Positions 25,686 to 34,848 of a DNA stretch of 64,000 nt are shown piece after piece. Every line of letters begins with the position of its first letter. Position 1 is the first letter of the stretch. The DNA is taken from positions 1 through 64,000 of the IMG/VR virus record IMGVR_UViG_3300032820_000003. The stretch is one strand, 5' to 3'. The translations under genes were made by a program, and so were the position numbers. The stretch comes from a virus. The notes below the pieces were generated by a model. It made no database searches. It saw nothing but the letters and a program-made list of their open reading frames with translations, and was not told the origin of the DNA.

Positions 25686-25898
25686 TTAATCCTCCAATAA
25701 ATCTAACATGGCATCCATGTCTTCTTCCCTCTCAGTTTCTCGTAACCAAGAAAAGGCATGATCTTCCATAGATTCTTCAAAGTCTTGTTTTAATGCTTCT
25801 TGTGAATAATCACCGTTAATTAAATCTGTGATTATTTCTACCCATTCACTTTCACTAGTAATCCATTCAGCTACTAGTTCATGTGTTGCCTGTACCAT
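25686..25898 (-). CDS. Small acidic protein
   Basis: 70 aa, AAGGAG RBS. Confidence 0.65.
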   Translation of the reverse strand: MVQATHELVAEWITSESEWVEIITDLINGDYSQEALKQDFEESMEDHAFSWLRETEREEDMDAMLDLLED

Positions 25899-25909
25899 AC
25901 TATTCTCCT

Positions 25910-26110
25910 TTATCCGAATATCTTTGTTTTAGGTGTATTCATTTCTAGAAACTCTCCCCATTGTCTTGCGAAAGTCTCAGGGTTGTGTCTCCAATATTCT
26001 TTCATACCATCTATAGCTACTTCTTTAAAAGAATCAGGAAGTCCCTCAGATGCTTGGATTTCATGATCTATAAAGTAATTAGCTAATATTGTCATTGCTT
26101 CATCAGTCAT
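25910..26110 (-). CDS. Early hypothetical protein
   Basis: 66 aa, GAGG RBS. Confidence 0.6.
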   Translation of the reverse strand: MTDEAMTILANYFIDHEIQASEGLPDSFKEVAIDGMKEYWRHNPETFARQWGEFLEMNTPKTKIFG

Positions 26111-26296
26111 TTATAACCTCTTTCTTTACATTTATAATCGCTTCTATAACTTGTCTTAATTTATACATCCTACTTTCTAAATGTTTAATGTTCTGTTCAA
26201 TAGATTCTAATTCTTCGATTACTTCTAAGATTTCATCTTCAACAGTTTTCATTCGTCCTCCGTTATTATATGACAGTCGTTAAAGAACTGTCAAGG

Positions 26297-26620
26297 TTAG
26301 TTGAGATTTTTACGGTAAGGGTATCCTGATATCCAAGGTCTACTTTCACCAGTTCTAAAATTCATTTCTTCAACTGTGCCTAGTTTAAAAGGGTCTTTCT
26401 CAGATTCAATCTTTGCGTCTTTAAAAATATTATAGGCTTCTTCAGTTGCAAACATTTGAAAAAATGATGCTACTGTAGAATCAATTAACCAATCAGGTAA
26501 TCCATAAGGTAGTTGATTACGAAAGGCACGACAAGCTAGACTAAAATGATCAGGAAAAAAATCCCTTAACATCTCAATCCACTCCTCCATTTCATTTGGG
26601 TTCTCCATTTCGTATGCCAT
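26297..26620 (-). CDS. Hypothetical protein
   Basis: ATG 26620 with AGGAG RBS; upstream extension is a long hairpin. Confidence 0.65.
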   Translation of the reverse strand: MAYEMENPNEMEEWIEMLRDFFPDHFSLACRAFRNQLPYGLPDWLIDSTVASFFQMFATEEAYNIFKDAKIESEKDPFKLGTVEEMNFRTGESRPWISGYPYRKNLN

Positions 26621-26720
26621 GTTATATCTCCTAAATAAATAAAGAGGGGACTTACAATAACTGATGTACTCAAACCTATGCATCGGTACAGTTATATGCC
26701 CGCTCTTATTTTATATTATA

Positions 26721-27776
26721 CTATTTTACAAATGAGAAGGCAGTTTGGAAAGCCCTAGCTTTCGTCTCTGCTCTCATGCCAAATAGGGCAGTAGAAGAAT
26801 CTTTATGACCCTTCCTATAGTCTTCTGTTTCTACAACAGCTTGCCATATCGCCCAAGGAGTATTAGCTAGGTTAGAGTGTTCTTCATTAAAGATATGGAA
26901 TCTATCTCTTGCTCCATCTCTAATAGTCTTAACTCTATCCTGTCTTCGCTCCCACTCTTCTACTAAGTCTTTACGATCCAGTAAAAGATTTGTCCACACT
27001 TCTTTAGGTACATCATCAGCAGTAATCTGATTTGATATAGTTAGTCTGCGTGGCTTTGATGCATCAGGGTATGCACTTGTCAATACCTTTTCTACATCCT
27101 TCTCTTCAATTGTAACGGTAGCTAGAGAATCCATCATTGGAATAACTGTCTCTTTAGCTGATACCATTTTATTAAACAGACCCATGAACCACTCAGCATC
27201 TTTCTCAATGTTTCGTGTATGAGTAAGTCTAACATTTACTTTAGCAGATGACAGACCTGATGTCAATGTATTCTGACATACTACTCGTACTGGAGTAAAA
27301 GCCATTTGTAATGACCCCACACCTGTTCGATGATCTGTTACTAAGTAGTAGAGGTTATGGTCTTCCCCTGCTATCTTAGACTCTCCTGCATCAAGAGTCA
27401 TAAATATCTGCTCCCCATAACCTAACGCTCCTATAGTTTCTACAGGATATTGTTCGGTAATTGGGTCTAGCATTTTTGCTAGAGTCTTAGTCTGTATAGG
27501 AGTCCACTCCTTACCTACTATAGATAGTATCCGATGAATAGGATCATCGTCTACAGGTTCTCTAACAACTGCAAAGTTTCCTGTAGCTATAACATCTGTT
27601 GACCCATCCTCATTTTCTATATGAGCATAAGCAGGATGTTTATCAATAGAGAAATCTATCTTTGCTCTCTCTACTGCCTGTGTCATAGTTAGGGGTTCAT
27701 CAAAGACTTCTCCTAATCTATGCCATGCTGGTTCTCTTCTTCCTAAGAACCTATCTCCAAATATACTTGCTGGCAT
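26721..27776 (-). CDS. DUF932 family phage/plasmid protein (TIGR03299-like)
   Basis: EPAWHRLG, ETIGAL..G, TPVRVVCQNTL motifs; promoter TTGACA-17-TAAACT at 27853-27825. Confidence 0.85.
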   Translation of the reverse strand: MPASIFGDRFLGRREPAWHRLGEVFDEPLTMTQAVERAKIDFSIDKHPAYAHIENEDGSTDVIATGNFAVVREPVDDDPIHRILSIVGKEWTPIQTKTLAKMLDPITEQYPVETIGALGYGEQIFMTLDAGESKIAGEDHNLYYLVTDHRTGVGSLQMAFTPVRVVCQNTLTSGLSSAKVNVRLTHTRNIEKDAEWFMGLFNKMVSAKETVIPMMDSLATVTIEEKDVEKVLTSAYPDASKPRRLTISNQITADDVPKEVWTNLLLDRKDLVEEWERRQDRVKTIRDGARDRFHIFNEEHSNLANTPWAIWQAVVETEDYRKGHKDSSTALFGMRAETKARAFQTAFSFVK

Positions 27777-27839
27777 TAGTACCTCCTTATTTATACGGTT
27801 GCCTTCTTTTTTCGACTTGCCCCAAGTTTAACGCAATCA

Positions 27840-28037
27840 TTAAACCTTGTCAAGTAACTCTTCACTCACTTGTTTTATCGCTATTGTTTCTCTTTTAATC
27901 TCTATAGTTTCAACAAGTAGTTCAACACTTACTTGTAATATATCTTTAGAGACTACGTATATTCTATAGTTAATCCAACTAATGTATATCATTAAGATGA
28001 ATGTTACAAATAGAACTACAAGAATTAAACTATCCAT
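27840..28037 (-). CDS. Small membrane protein
   Basis: N-terminal TM helix then coiled coil. Confidence 0.6.
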   Translation of the reverse strand: MDSLILVVLFVTFILMIYISWINYRIYVVSKDILQVSVELLVETIEIKRETIAIKQVSEELLDKV

Positions 28038-28230
28038 ATATATCTATTAACCTCTTCGGCTGTTGATGTTGATCAGGATCAATTAAATGTAAACTAATAT
28101 GTAAGTAATCATCTTCTATATCCCAATTATAATCCCAAGCATCTCCTATTGCTTTTATTAAATACGTATCTAATCCATCTAAAAAAGCATCTAATTTTGG
28201 TGACTCACTATCTCTATACTTATCTTTCAT
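28030..28230 (-). CDS. Hypothetical protein
   Basis: 66 aa in tightly packed operon. Confidence 0.6.
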   Translation of the reverse strand: MKDKYRDSESPKLDAFLDGLDTYLIKAIGDAWDYNWDIEDDYLHISLHLIDPDQHQQPKRLIDIYG

Positions 28231-28231
28231 A

Positions 28232-28564
28232 CTAAACCTCTAAATTTACTAACTGAAGTTGAACTCCATGTTCTTCTATTGTTTCATATAATTTTTGTTC
28301 TATGGGATTTAAATCGTCCCATGTAATAAATTCTAAGTCTTGTGACAGCACAAAGATATTTTTACCGTAGGCATTAATAGCTGATACATTAAAATCTGAA
28401 TCATGTTCATAGTCAGGAAATTCATCCACAGCTTGTTCTAATATTAGTAGTGGGAAATGTGAAACATCTAACCATCCTATATCTGACCACACTCCATAAT
28501 ATTCATCTAATTCTTCATGCACAAGAGATCGAGCAAATGTTCTACTTTGTAAGGATTGCTTCAT
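28232..28564 (-). CDS. Acidic hypothetical protein
   Basis: 110 aa in operon. Confidence 0.6.
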   Translation of the reverse strand: MKQSLQSRTFARSLVHEELDEYYGVWSDIGWLDVSHFPLLILEQAVDEFPDYEHDSDFNVSAINAYGKNIFVLSQDLEFITWDDLNPIEQKLYETIEEHGVQLQLVNLEV

Positions 28565-29012
28565 TCTCTTCCTCCTTTAGAGTACCATCTTCAAACTCCT
28601 TTATCTCTGAGTTAATTATAAATCTTGCTTGGTCTTCTACTGACTCCCCAACCTTCCGTAAAAACTTTACATTAGAAAGGGCAGTTACATTTGTTGATAA
28701 ACCAATGTGTAAAAAGATTTCTTTTAAAGATGGATTACGATCTTTTAATACTTTACCATCGTCAGTTTTCCCACCTGTTAGAAAACATATCCCTGCCTGT
28801 TCTAACATTTTATATCTACGATGGACATCTCTATAATTCTTTTTAGTAATCCTGCTAACTCCGATAGACATACTTCCCCAAATTAATACATCTGTAATAG
28901 GGTTAAGCCTAACTCGGTCAGGATGAACGATACCTTTTTCATCTATGGTATCAGGAATAAAACATAATTGTTTAAAATCTTCAATATTGGATACGTCCCA
29001 ATTTAACGACAT
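28542..29012 (-). CDS. Conserved phage hypothetical protein (MSLNW..HIGL.TNV type)
   Basis: 156 aa, AAGGAGG RBS, promoter TTGACA-18-TATAAT at 29071-29042. Confidence 0.75.
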   Translation of the reverse strand: MSLNWDVSNIEDFKQLCFIPDTIDEKGIVHPDRVRLNPITDVLIWGSMSIGVSRITKKNYRDVHRRYKMLEQAGICFLTGGKTDDGKVLKDRNPSLKEIFLHIGLSTNVTALSNVKFLRKVGESVEDQARFIINSEIKEFEDGTLKEEENEAILTK

Positions 29013-29075
29013 AATATCCTCCTTTTCTTTTCTGTGCGTTAATTATAACACAGTCTTAAACTTAGTGTCAAGGGT

Positions 29076-29103
29076 AAAAAATATCCCCCTAGGAAGGGGG
29101 TAT
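29076..29103 (-). terminator. Intrinsic terminator
   Basis: ATACCCCCT-TCCT-AGGGGGATAT-TTTTT on the minus strand. Confidence 0.75.
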
Positions 29104-29109
29104 GAATTT

Positions 29110-29556
29110 TTAGAGTTCTGTATTTAAACCCTGTAATAATTTCTCAGCTATACTATCATTCATTGTTTGTGTATATGAGGATTCATGTAGACACTTAGCT
29201 ATCTTTCTTTTTAAATTATAACCTACTGGCTCTTCTCCAATTTTAACATATGATTGAGCCACTTCTCTCATTGCCAATAAATCACTTGTACTAAATTTTA
29301 CTTCAGCTTCTTTACCTTCATTTTTAGGATCGGTTGTAAATAATACAGCATGTCCAATTCTTTCTATAAAATCATATGGAACTGCGATCCCGGCTGAAGG
29401 ACTAACTCCTCTCATAGTAAGAGGGGGTTTACCTTCCCCGTCCATGTCGATCATTATACTGCAACTGTCGTCTAAGTACAATGCTTCATTTCGGGTTAAG
29501 TAAAGCGTATGATAACTTTCATTCTCTATAAGATCAAGAAATTCATCTTCCATCAA
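29110..29556 (-). CDS. Hypothetical protein
   Basis: 148 aa, GGAGGTG RBS; two similar motifs (LTRNEALYL / FSTSDLLAM). Confidence 0.7.
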   Translation of the reverse strand: MMEDEFLDLIENESYHTLYLTRNEALYLDDSCSIMIDMDGEGKPPLTMRGVSPSAGIAVPYDFIERIGHAVLFTTDPKNEGKEAEVKFSTSDLLAMREVAQSYVKIGEEPVGYNLKRKIAKCLHESSYTQTMNDSIAEKLLQGLNTEL

Positions 29557-29674
29557 TTCACCTCCGTAATAACAATATCACATATAGCACATCTTAAAGT
29601 ATCAAAGTTTTTATTCTCCCACACTTCAACGACTGTAGCTTTATGTGTCTTCTTTAATTTACAATAAAGTCTTC

Positions 29675-29863
29675 TTAAACATTTTCCCATTCTAACTCTT
29701 CCTGTATTCTTCGTTTCTTTTTATACTCAGCGTTACGTTTTTTATGTGTAGACTCTTTTGATTTTTCTTTAAAGGGTCTATCGTAACTCCTGTCTTTTCT
29801 TCTCTTACTTGTTTTGCGATCTCGTGTTACCCACTTCATCTTCGTTTTATAATTTCCTCCCAT
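29675..29863 (-). CDS. Small Lys/Arg-rich protein
   Basis: 62 aa, highly basic; loosely resembles 21566..21796. Confidence 0.5.
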   Translation of the reverse strand: MGGNYKTKMKWVTRDRKTSKRRKDRSYDRPFKEKSKESTHKKRNAEYKKKRRIQEELEWENV

Positions 29864-30117
29864 ACTAAATGTGCTGTTACTTGAGTACCATCTTCAATTG
29901 GTTTATGACTTTTACAGTTAGTCCATGTCATTTGTTTAACATAACCCTCTTCTAAAAGGGACTTTAAGTGATTAATAAATCGGTATGAATCTGCTTCGTT
30001 ACGACTAGCCACATCGCATTTAATGCAATAGCTTATGCTAATCGCCTTATTCGGTTTCTCCGTAGTCATTAAAAACCTCCGCTCCTTTATTATACTCGAT
30101 TCGTTCAACAATTTCAA
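29836..30117 (-). CDS. Hypothetical protein
   Basis: CIKC motif; true start probably the internal MTTEK. Confidence 0.55.
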   Translation of the reverse strand: MKLLNESSIIKERRFLMTTEKPNKAISISYCIKCDVASRNEADSYRFINHLKSLLEEGYVKQMTWTNCKSHKPIEDGTQVTAHLVWEEIIKRR

Positions 30118-30235
30118 GTATCTTTAAGAGCATGTCATAAGTTTCTCTATGCTGTTCTCTAACTAAATTTTCTATAAACTCACTTCGTTGCTGAAACTGT
30201 TCAGCATATAGCATCATTTGTTCGGTAACACTCAT
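30047..30235 (-). CDS. Small helical protein
   Basis: 62 aa, coupled to the upstream stop. Confidence 0.55.
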   Translation of the reverse strand: MSVTEQMMLYAEQFQQRSEFIENLVREQHRETYDMLLKILEIVERIEYNKGAEVFNDYGETE

Positions 30236-30615
30236 TATACTTTCCCCCTATGTACTTTGCGTCTAACGTAAGATCGTTTCTCAGGTCTATCAGGATCATA
30301 CCACATCGGCTGTGGGCCTCCTAGGAATTGTAAGAGATTCTTTATATGTCCGTATGTACCTTTATATACCCCTGTAGATTTGTTTAATCTCGACACCCAA
30401 CCACCTGACCCAACAAGCCAAGTCTCTTCAGTCTGGTTATCTTCTACAGATATAGTGTGTAATAGAAAAGATTTATTTCTTCTTAGGAAACTCTTAATCC
30501 TTTTCTGTACACCTTTAGTTCTTTTATATTTTGGATTGTATTTTAATTCAGGTCGGGGAGGGCGATGTGTTTCAATCCACTCCTCCCAAGCCGACCATTT
30601 ATTTTCTGCGGTCAT
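30235..30615 (-). CDS. Basic hypothetical protein
   Basis: 126 aa, GAGG RBS. Confidence 0.65.
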   Translation of the reverse strand: MTAENKWSAWEEWIETHRPPRPELKYNPKYKRTKGVQKRIKSFLRRNKSFLLHTISVEDNQTEETWLVGSGGWVSRLNKSTGVYKGTYGHIKNLLQFLGGPQPMWYDPDRPEKRSYVRRKVHRGKV

Positions 30616-30624
30616 TATTATCCT

Positions 30625-30813
30625 CTATCTAGGATTATCTGTACCTCTTGCAATACGCTTGAGGTCTTCTTTACCGATCTTTATATCGTTTAGTAATTGC
30701 TTACCATTACGATCTATTACTTGTAACCAATAGGAGTGTTCAAATCCTCCACTTCGATTATCAATAAATTGGATCGTATAGCCACCTAGACCGCCACTAA
30801 CTTCAAATTTCAT
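30625..30813 (-). CDS. Hypothetical protein
   Basis: 62 aa, AGGAGG RBS. Confidence 0.65.
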   Translation of the reverse strand: MKFEVSGGLGGYTIQFIDNRSGGFEHSYWLQVIDRNGKQLLNDIKIGKEDLKRIARGTDNPR

Positions 30814-30893
30814 ATTAGCCTCCTAATACTAAATAAATAAATGTAACCCATACCCCCGAACAAATACCGACATTCGTTGTCATTAAAACTCGG

Positions 30894-31139
30894 TTAACCA
30901 TTTTGTACCTCCTTTAACTTTGCTTCTAGTTCTTTAATCTCTACTCTAAGTAAGCCATTTAAATGTTTATGTTCATTATTGATGAAATTTAATTCTTTAA
31001 GTCTCATCCTTAATTTCCTATTTTCAAACTTATAAGTAGCGAGTTTAGAACTTATCTCTGTAAACTTTTCTAAGTTCTGTTCTCGCTGTTCATATAACCA
31101 AACAGGATTCATACAATCATGATTATTATTCAATAACAA
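30894..31139 (-). CDS. Coiled-coil protein
   Basis: 81 aa heptad pattern. Confidence 0.55.
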   Translation of the reverse strand: MLLNNNHDCMNPVWLYEQREQNLEKFTEISSKLATYKFENRKLRMRLKELNFINNEHKHLNGLLRVEIKELEAKLKEVQNG

Positions 31140-31407
31140 TGTACGTCTCTCCGTTTGCTCTCAGTCTAGTAATACCATCTATGCTAACCATACGGTAGCC
31201 TTTAGCGATCATATCATATACTGGTAATAGGTCTTTCTCTTTTGCATTATACTTTAAACCTTCGCCAGTAATGTATTTAGAAACTCCTACACGAGCCGTC
31301 ATATTTCTCAACTCGCCAGTAGTTCTTTTCTTAAACTCTACGTTAAAGAATTGACCATTGGTATTACTAACTATCTCTCTTACTTTATCTCTTGTTATAG
31401 TTTGCAT
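31126..31407 (-). CDS. SH3/WYL-like beta-barrel phage protein
   Basis: FFNVEFKKRTTGELRNMTAR..VYD...GYR.V signature. Confidence 0.75.
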   Translation of the reverse strand: MQTITRDKVREIVSNTNGQFFNVEFKKRTTGELRNMTARVGVSKYITGEGLKYNAKEKDLLPVYDMIAKGYRMVSIDGITRLRANGETYIVIE

Positions 31408-31565
31408 ATTCTCTCCTTTACTTTTTCTTAATTAGTTGGTATCGGTTCACCACTTATAATAGCTATAAGACTACCTAGTATTATAAATGTAATGAATGCA
31501 CCGAGTGGATTCGTTATAAATATATCCGTGTACCTCCTTCGTTCATATTGCCAATCATAAGTCAT

Positions 31566-32030
31566 TTAACTCACCTTTGTCAAGGGGTGATATATCTTTC
31601 TAGCTTGTAGTATTTCAGGTGTTTCGTGCCACCCTCTATCAGAATCTTTACCACGTTTGTAATTGTTAGGTGAAACTATTTTTAAGGCTTTGGTAAAATC
31701 TTTACCGTGCCATCTCTTAGTGGGATCGTAGTCACATAAGAATTGTATTATATGAGCAATCTCATGTCGAACAACTCTTTTAGCTTCTTTATCAGATGCT
31801 AGTATCCATTTAGACATTTCAAGAACTGGAAGTTCATCTGGATATGTACTGTTTAACCATATCTGTCCTGCGGTATTTACACCACAAGTATCACTAATCA
31901 TAATCTCAGGACTCCAATCCTTAATGTCTTTATAGGGAAATCGTGAAACACTAGCCTTTAAATAGTTTTGGATATGAGGTCGATAAAAAACCTCATCGGC
32001 ATACTTCTTTAATGTTGCTTCTTTAATCAA
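31566..32030 (-). CDS. SprT-like Zn metallopeptidase domain protein
   Basis: AG, HEIAH, WHGKDF motifs; promoter TTGACT-18-TACGAT at 32107-32078. Confidence 0.75.
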   Translation of the reverse strand: MIKEATLKKYADEVFYRPHIQNYLKASVSRFPYKDIKDWSPEIMISDTCGVNTAGQIWLNSTYPDELPVLEMSKWILASDKEAKRVVRHEIAHIIQFLCDYDPTKRWHGKDFTKALKIVSPNNYKRGKDSDRGWHETPEILQARKIYHPLTKVS

Positions 32031-32123
32031 ATAATTCGTCTCCTTTCTGCATTAGTCACTCTCCGAGTGCTGATGTAATCGTACCACAGCGAAAGATTCG
32101 GAGTCAAATTTTTTGGTGCGAAT

Positions 32124-32133
32124 TAGTATAATA
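32124..32133 (+). promoter_or_regulatory. Putative late promoter TAGTATAATA
   Basis: Exact motif directly upstream of the HNH gene RBS. Confidence 0.55.
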
Positions 32134-32142
32134 ATATAGGAG

Positions 32143-32538
32143 GTGCTTAGAATGCGACAACGAAATATAATTAAAACAGAAGGGCGACATCCCTTTACTA
32201 CTAAATATGATGTTCAACGTCTACAAAAGACTAGGGACATTTCCGATTACCTTTCCAATAAGGTTCCAATGCAATCTGATAAATTAAAGATTCGCTTAAT
32301 AAATGAAGGATACTTAGACCCTGTATGTGATATCTGTCGCAGATCACTATGGGTTGGTGAGGACATTCCATTGCAATTAGATCATGTAAATGGGAACAAT
32401 GACGATAATAGTCTTAAAAATCTTCGCCTATTGTGTCCTAACTGTCATGCACAAACACCACAGTATAGATTAAAGAATGAGTTTAAGGACAGTACTTATT
32501 CCAATAAGGATAAGGAAAATCCAAATACTGATCAGTAA
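32143..32538 (+). CDS. HNH endonuclease
   Basis: CDIC..LQLDHVNG...DN...NLRLLCPNCHAQT. Confidence 0.9.
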   Translation: MLRMRQRNIIKTEGRHPFTTKYDVQRLQKTRDISDYLSNKVPMQSDKLKIRLINEGYLDPVCDICRRSLWVGEDIPLQLDHVNGNNDDNSLKNLRLLCPNCHAQTPQYRLKNEFKDSTYSNKDKENPNTDQ

Positions 32539-32586
32539 GTCAAGTCTAGTATAGACCCTCTGTTAATATTTTGTCTAAGCACCCTC

Positions 32587-32787
32587 CTAACAGCAATTAC
32601 AAGAATCGGTTTTCCTAACCTTATTCCAAATAATGCGGGCTAATCCTATTCCGCCTACCACAACTGAAGTCCACGCAATAATCTGTAAGGTTAAAATATC
32701 TTCACCGAAACCATGTCGGGAAAGATCAGCTATAATCCCACCGAATAATATTAAGGGGATCGGAAAATAATCTCTTAGGTATTTCAT
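32587..32787 (-). CDS. Small two-TM membrane protein
   Basis: Two hydrophobic helices, C-terminal CNCC. Confidence 0.65.
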   Translation of the reverse strand: MKYLRDYFPIPLILFGGIIADLSRHGFGEDILTLQIIAWTSVVVGGIGLARIIWNKVRKTDSCNCC

Positions 32788-32978
32788 TAAGTACTCCTTT
32801 TGTTATGTGGTTGCCAAGTTATTAAATCGGAACCACAATTATGACAGGTTAATTTTATGTCATTTGGAACAAGTTGTAAGACATTATAAACATAACAATC
32901 CTTTTCTTGACATCTCAATTCAAGATATCTATCTTCACATATAGAACCTTCAAACATAAATTTACTTCCTCCAAACAA
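32787..32978 (-). CDS. Zn-ribbon protein
   Basis: CQEKDC..CHNCG. Confidence 0.55.
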   Translation of the reverse strand: MFGGSKFMFEGSICEDRYLELRCQEKDCYVYNVLQLVPNDIKLTCHNCGSDLITWQPHNKRST

Positions 32979-33060
32979 ACGTTTAATTCCATTCCCTATA
33001 CCTATATACTTCTTCTCTCTATAAACCTCTCTATGAGCCTCACAGAGGGCTTAAAACGGA

Positions 33061-33321
33061 TTATATTTTAGCTAAAATGTTCTCAATAACTTCAGCTAGA
33101 ACAATTCCATGTTCAGACAAGATAATGTTATTCCTATCTGGACATGACACTTTCCACATACATCCACTAGAATCTCTCTCTTTCCAATTACTTATGCTAG
33201 CATTCCATCGAACTCTGTATAATATTTCGATGGCTTGTAGGTCTTTTTGTGTTAACTGAATACCTACAAGTTTATCATTGCCCTCCGTAATTTCCATACT
33301 GTCTATTATCACCATAACCAC
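33061..33321 (-). CDS. Hypothetical protein
   Basis: 86 aa ORF; start uncertain. Confidence 0.45.
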   Translation of the reverse strand: MVMVIIDSMEITEGNDKLVGIQLTQKDLQAIEILYRVRWNASISNWKERDSSGCMWKVSCPDRNNIILSEHGIVLAEVIENILAKI

Positions 33322-33610
33322 TCTTTCCTAAGTCTTTTAATACTTCATTAAAACTAGAATGATCTGACATGATTGTTCTCATTTCATTCTCCATGACAGA
33401 ATCAATTCGTTCTAATTCTACCACTCTTTCACTTAGTTTATCAAGTGCTTCCCATAGTTCAGTATCATCAAACTCTTCAATACTTTCTATAGCCGTAGTA
33501 TTATTGCTTACCGTAGAATCAAGCTGGGCTACATACCAAATGATTCCAAATGCCTGTGCTATGATAGCTATAACTATTCCAATTGATACTTTCATATTTT
33601 TAATATCCAT
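33275..33610 (-). CDS. Membrane-anchored coiled-coil protein
   Basis: TM helix then heptads; possibly lysis-related. Confidence 0.7.
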   Translation of the reverse strand: MDIKNMKVSIGIVIAIIAQAFGIIWYVAQLDSTVSNNTTAIESIEEFDDTELWEALDKLSERVVELERIDSVMENEMRTIMSDHSSFNEVLKDLGKSGYGDNRQYGNYGGQ

Positions 33611-33840
33611 TTACATCCTTCACTTTAATTGTTGTAATTGGTTCTGAATACTCTTCCTCCCACACTTCTGTCGCTATAATCTCCGCCCATTGCTTACTTA
33701 AAGCCTTAATAGGTATTTCTTTCTTAGCAATGTACTCAATCTCAACGATATAATCATGATCCATTAAATGGGCCTCCTAAATACTTATATGGAATTAGAT
33801 ACGACAAAATTAGACTTGATAAAAATATTGTAATAAAAAT

Positions 33841-34050
33841 CTATATTTTAAATTTTTTCTTATATAAGCCCTGACAGAATGCATCAGAACCGGGATTTAA
33901 TCCCCCCATTCCAAATCCTGAACAGAGATAATGGTTATACTGTGCTAACATCATTGTTGTAGGTTGTCCACAAATGATGCAGTATCCTTGAGTACCTACA
34001 TCCCTGTAGGAATGGAGCCAATGTTTCTTACTCAGGAATGTTAATACCAT
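33841..34050 (-). CDS. Cys-containing hypothetical protein
   Basis: CIICG..LCS..FC. Confidence 0.5.
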   Translation of the reverse strand: MVLTFLSKKHWLHSYRDVGTQGYCIICGQPTTMMLAQYNHYLCSGFGMGGLNPGSDAFCQGLYKKKFKI

Positions 34051-34262
34051 CCAGTAAATCTATTGCTGATTTGCTGAACTCTCGTAATTCTTTAACTAGT
34101 GCCTTCTTTTCCGCTGCGGTAATTTTATTATCTTTAGCAGCTGCTGCCATAGTTTGAATCACATCCATCCCCTCTTTAAAAACATGCTTGGCTTGGGCTG
34201 ATTGTCCTGCGTTCAGTTTAAAATACATCATTGCCATCTGCATTATTGCTATTGGGTTCATA
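34028..34262 (-). CDS. Small helical protein
   Basis: Likely start MNPIAIMQ near 34262 (AAGGAGG RBS). Confidence 0.6.
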
Positions 34263-34272
34263 TTACGCCTCC

Positions 34273-34524
34273 TTAAATTTGATATTCGGGCGAGTCCCAT
34301 TGCCCACATTGACAATTTCCTCCGCAAGGACACCCTACTTCTTTTGCCATTTCTTCATTTGTGATAATTAAATAACTCTGCATATCATCACAATCTTCGC
34401 ATTCACATTCTAATCCACAATCACATGCTTGTAAATTGTAGCACATACATTGATTCTGTATCTTACAACTACAAGCGGGTCTATCATTCCAATGATTGTT
34501 TTTGTTTGGTGAAAATGAAGTCAT
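34273..34524 (-). CDS. Metallothionein-like Cys-rich protein
   Basis: 83 aa, 13 Cys mostly as CxC (CSC, CMC, CDC, CEC, CPC, CQC). Confidence 0.6.
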   Translation of the reverse strand: MTSFSPNKNNHWNDRPACSCKIQNQCMCYNLQACDCGLECECEDCDDMQSYLIITNEEMAKEVGCPCGGNCQCGQWDSPEYQI

Positions 34525-34676
34525 TATTCGTTCTCCAGTACTTTCATTCCAAGAGCAATTATACCACCAATTGTAGCGGTTGCTAACTCTGGGATTCCTT
34601 CCATCGCCCCAATCCCTGCTAATACGCCAAGAACTATAATCGATAAAAATATCTGCGGTCTAAGTTTTCCTATCAT
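34524..34676 (-). CDS. 50-aa two-TM membrane protein (holin-like size)
   Basis: MIGKLRPQIFLSIIVLGVLAGIGAMEGIPELATATIGGIIALGMKVLENE; AAGGAGG RBS; TAATG overlap with the next gene. Confidence 0.7.
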   Translation of the reverse strand: MIGKLRPQIFLSIIVLGVLAGIGAMEGIPELATATIGGIIALGMKVLENE

Positions 34677-34848
34677 GCTTGCCTCCTTCTAAATCGTCAG
34701 TACCATCTATCCCTCCGTTCATATGGATCATAAAACCTTTTGGGTTTTGGTTTTACATGTTCTATCTGTTCCCAATATTCTATAGTGTTGAAAGAGTTCC
34801 CCCAACCTATGCCATTTATCCATTGACCAATGGTACTAATTAATCTCC

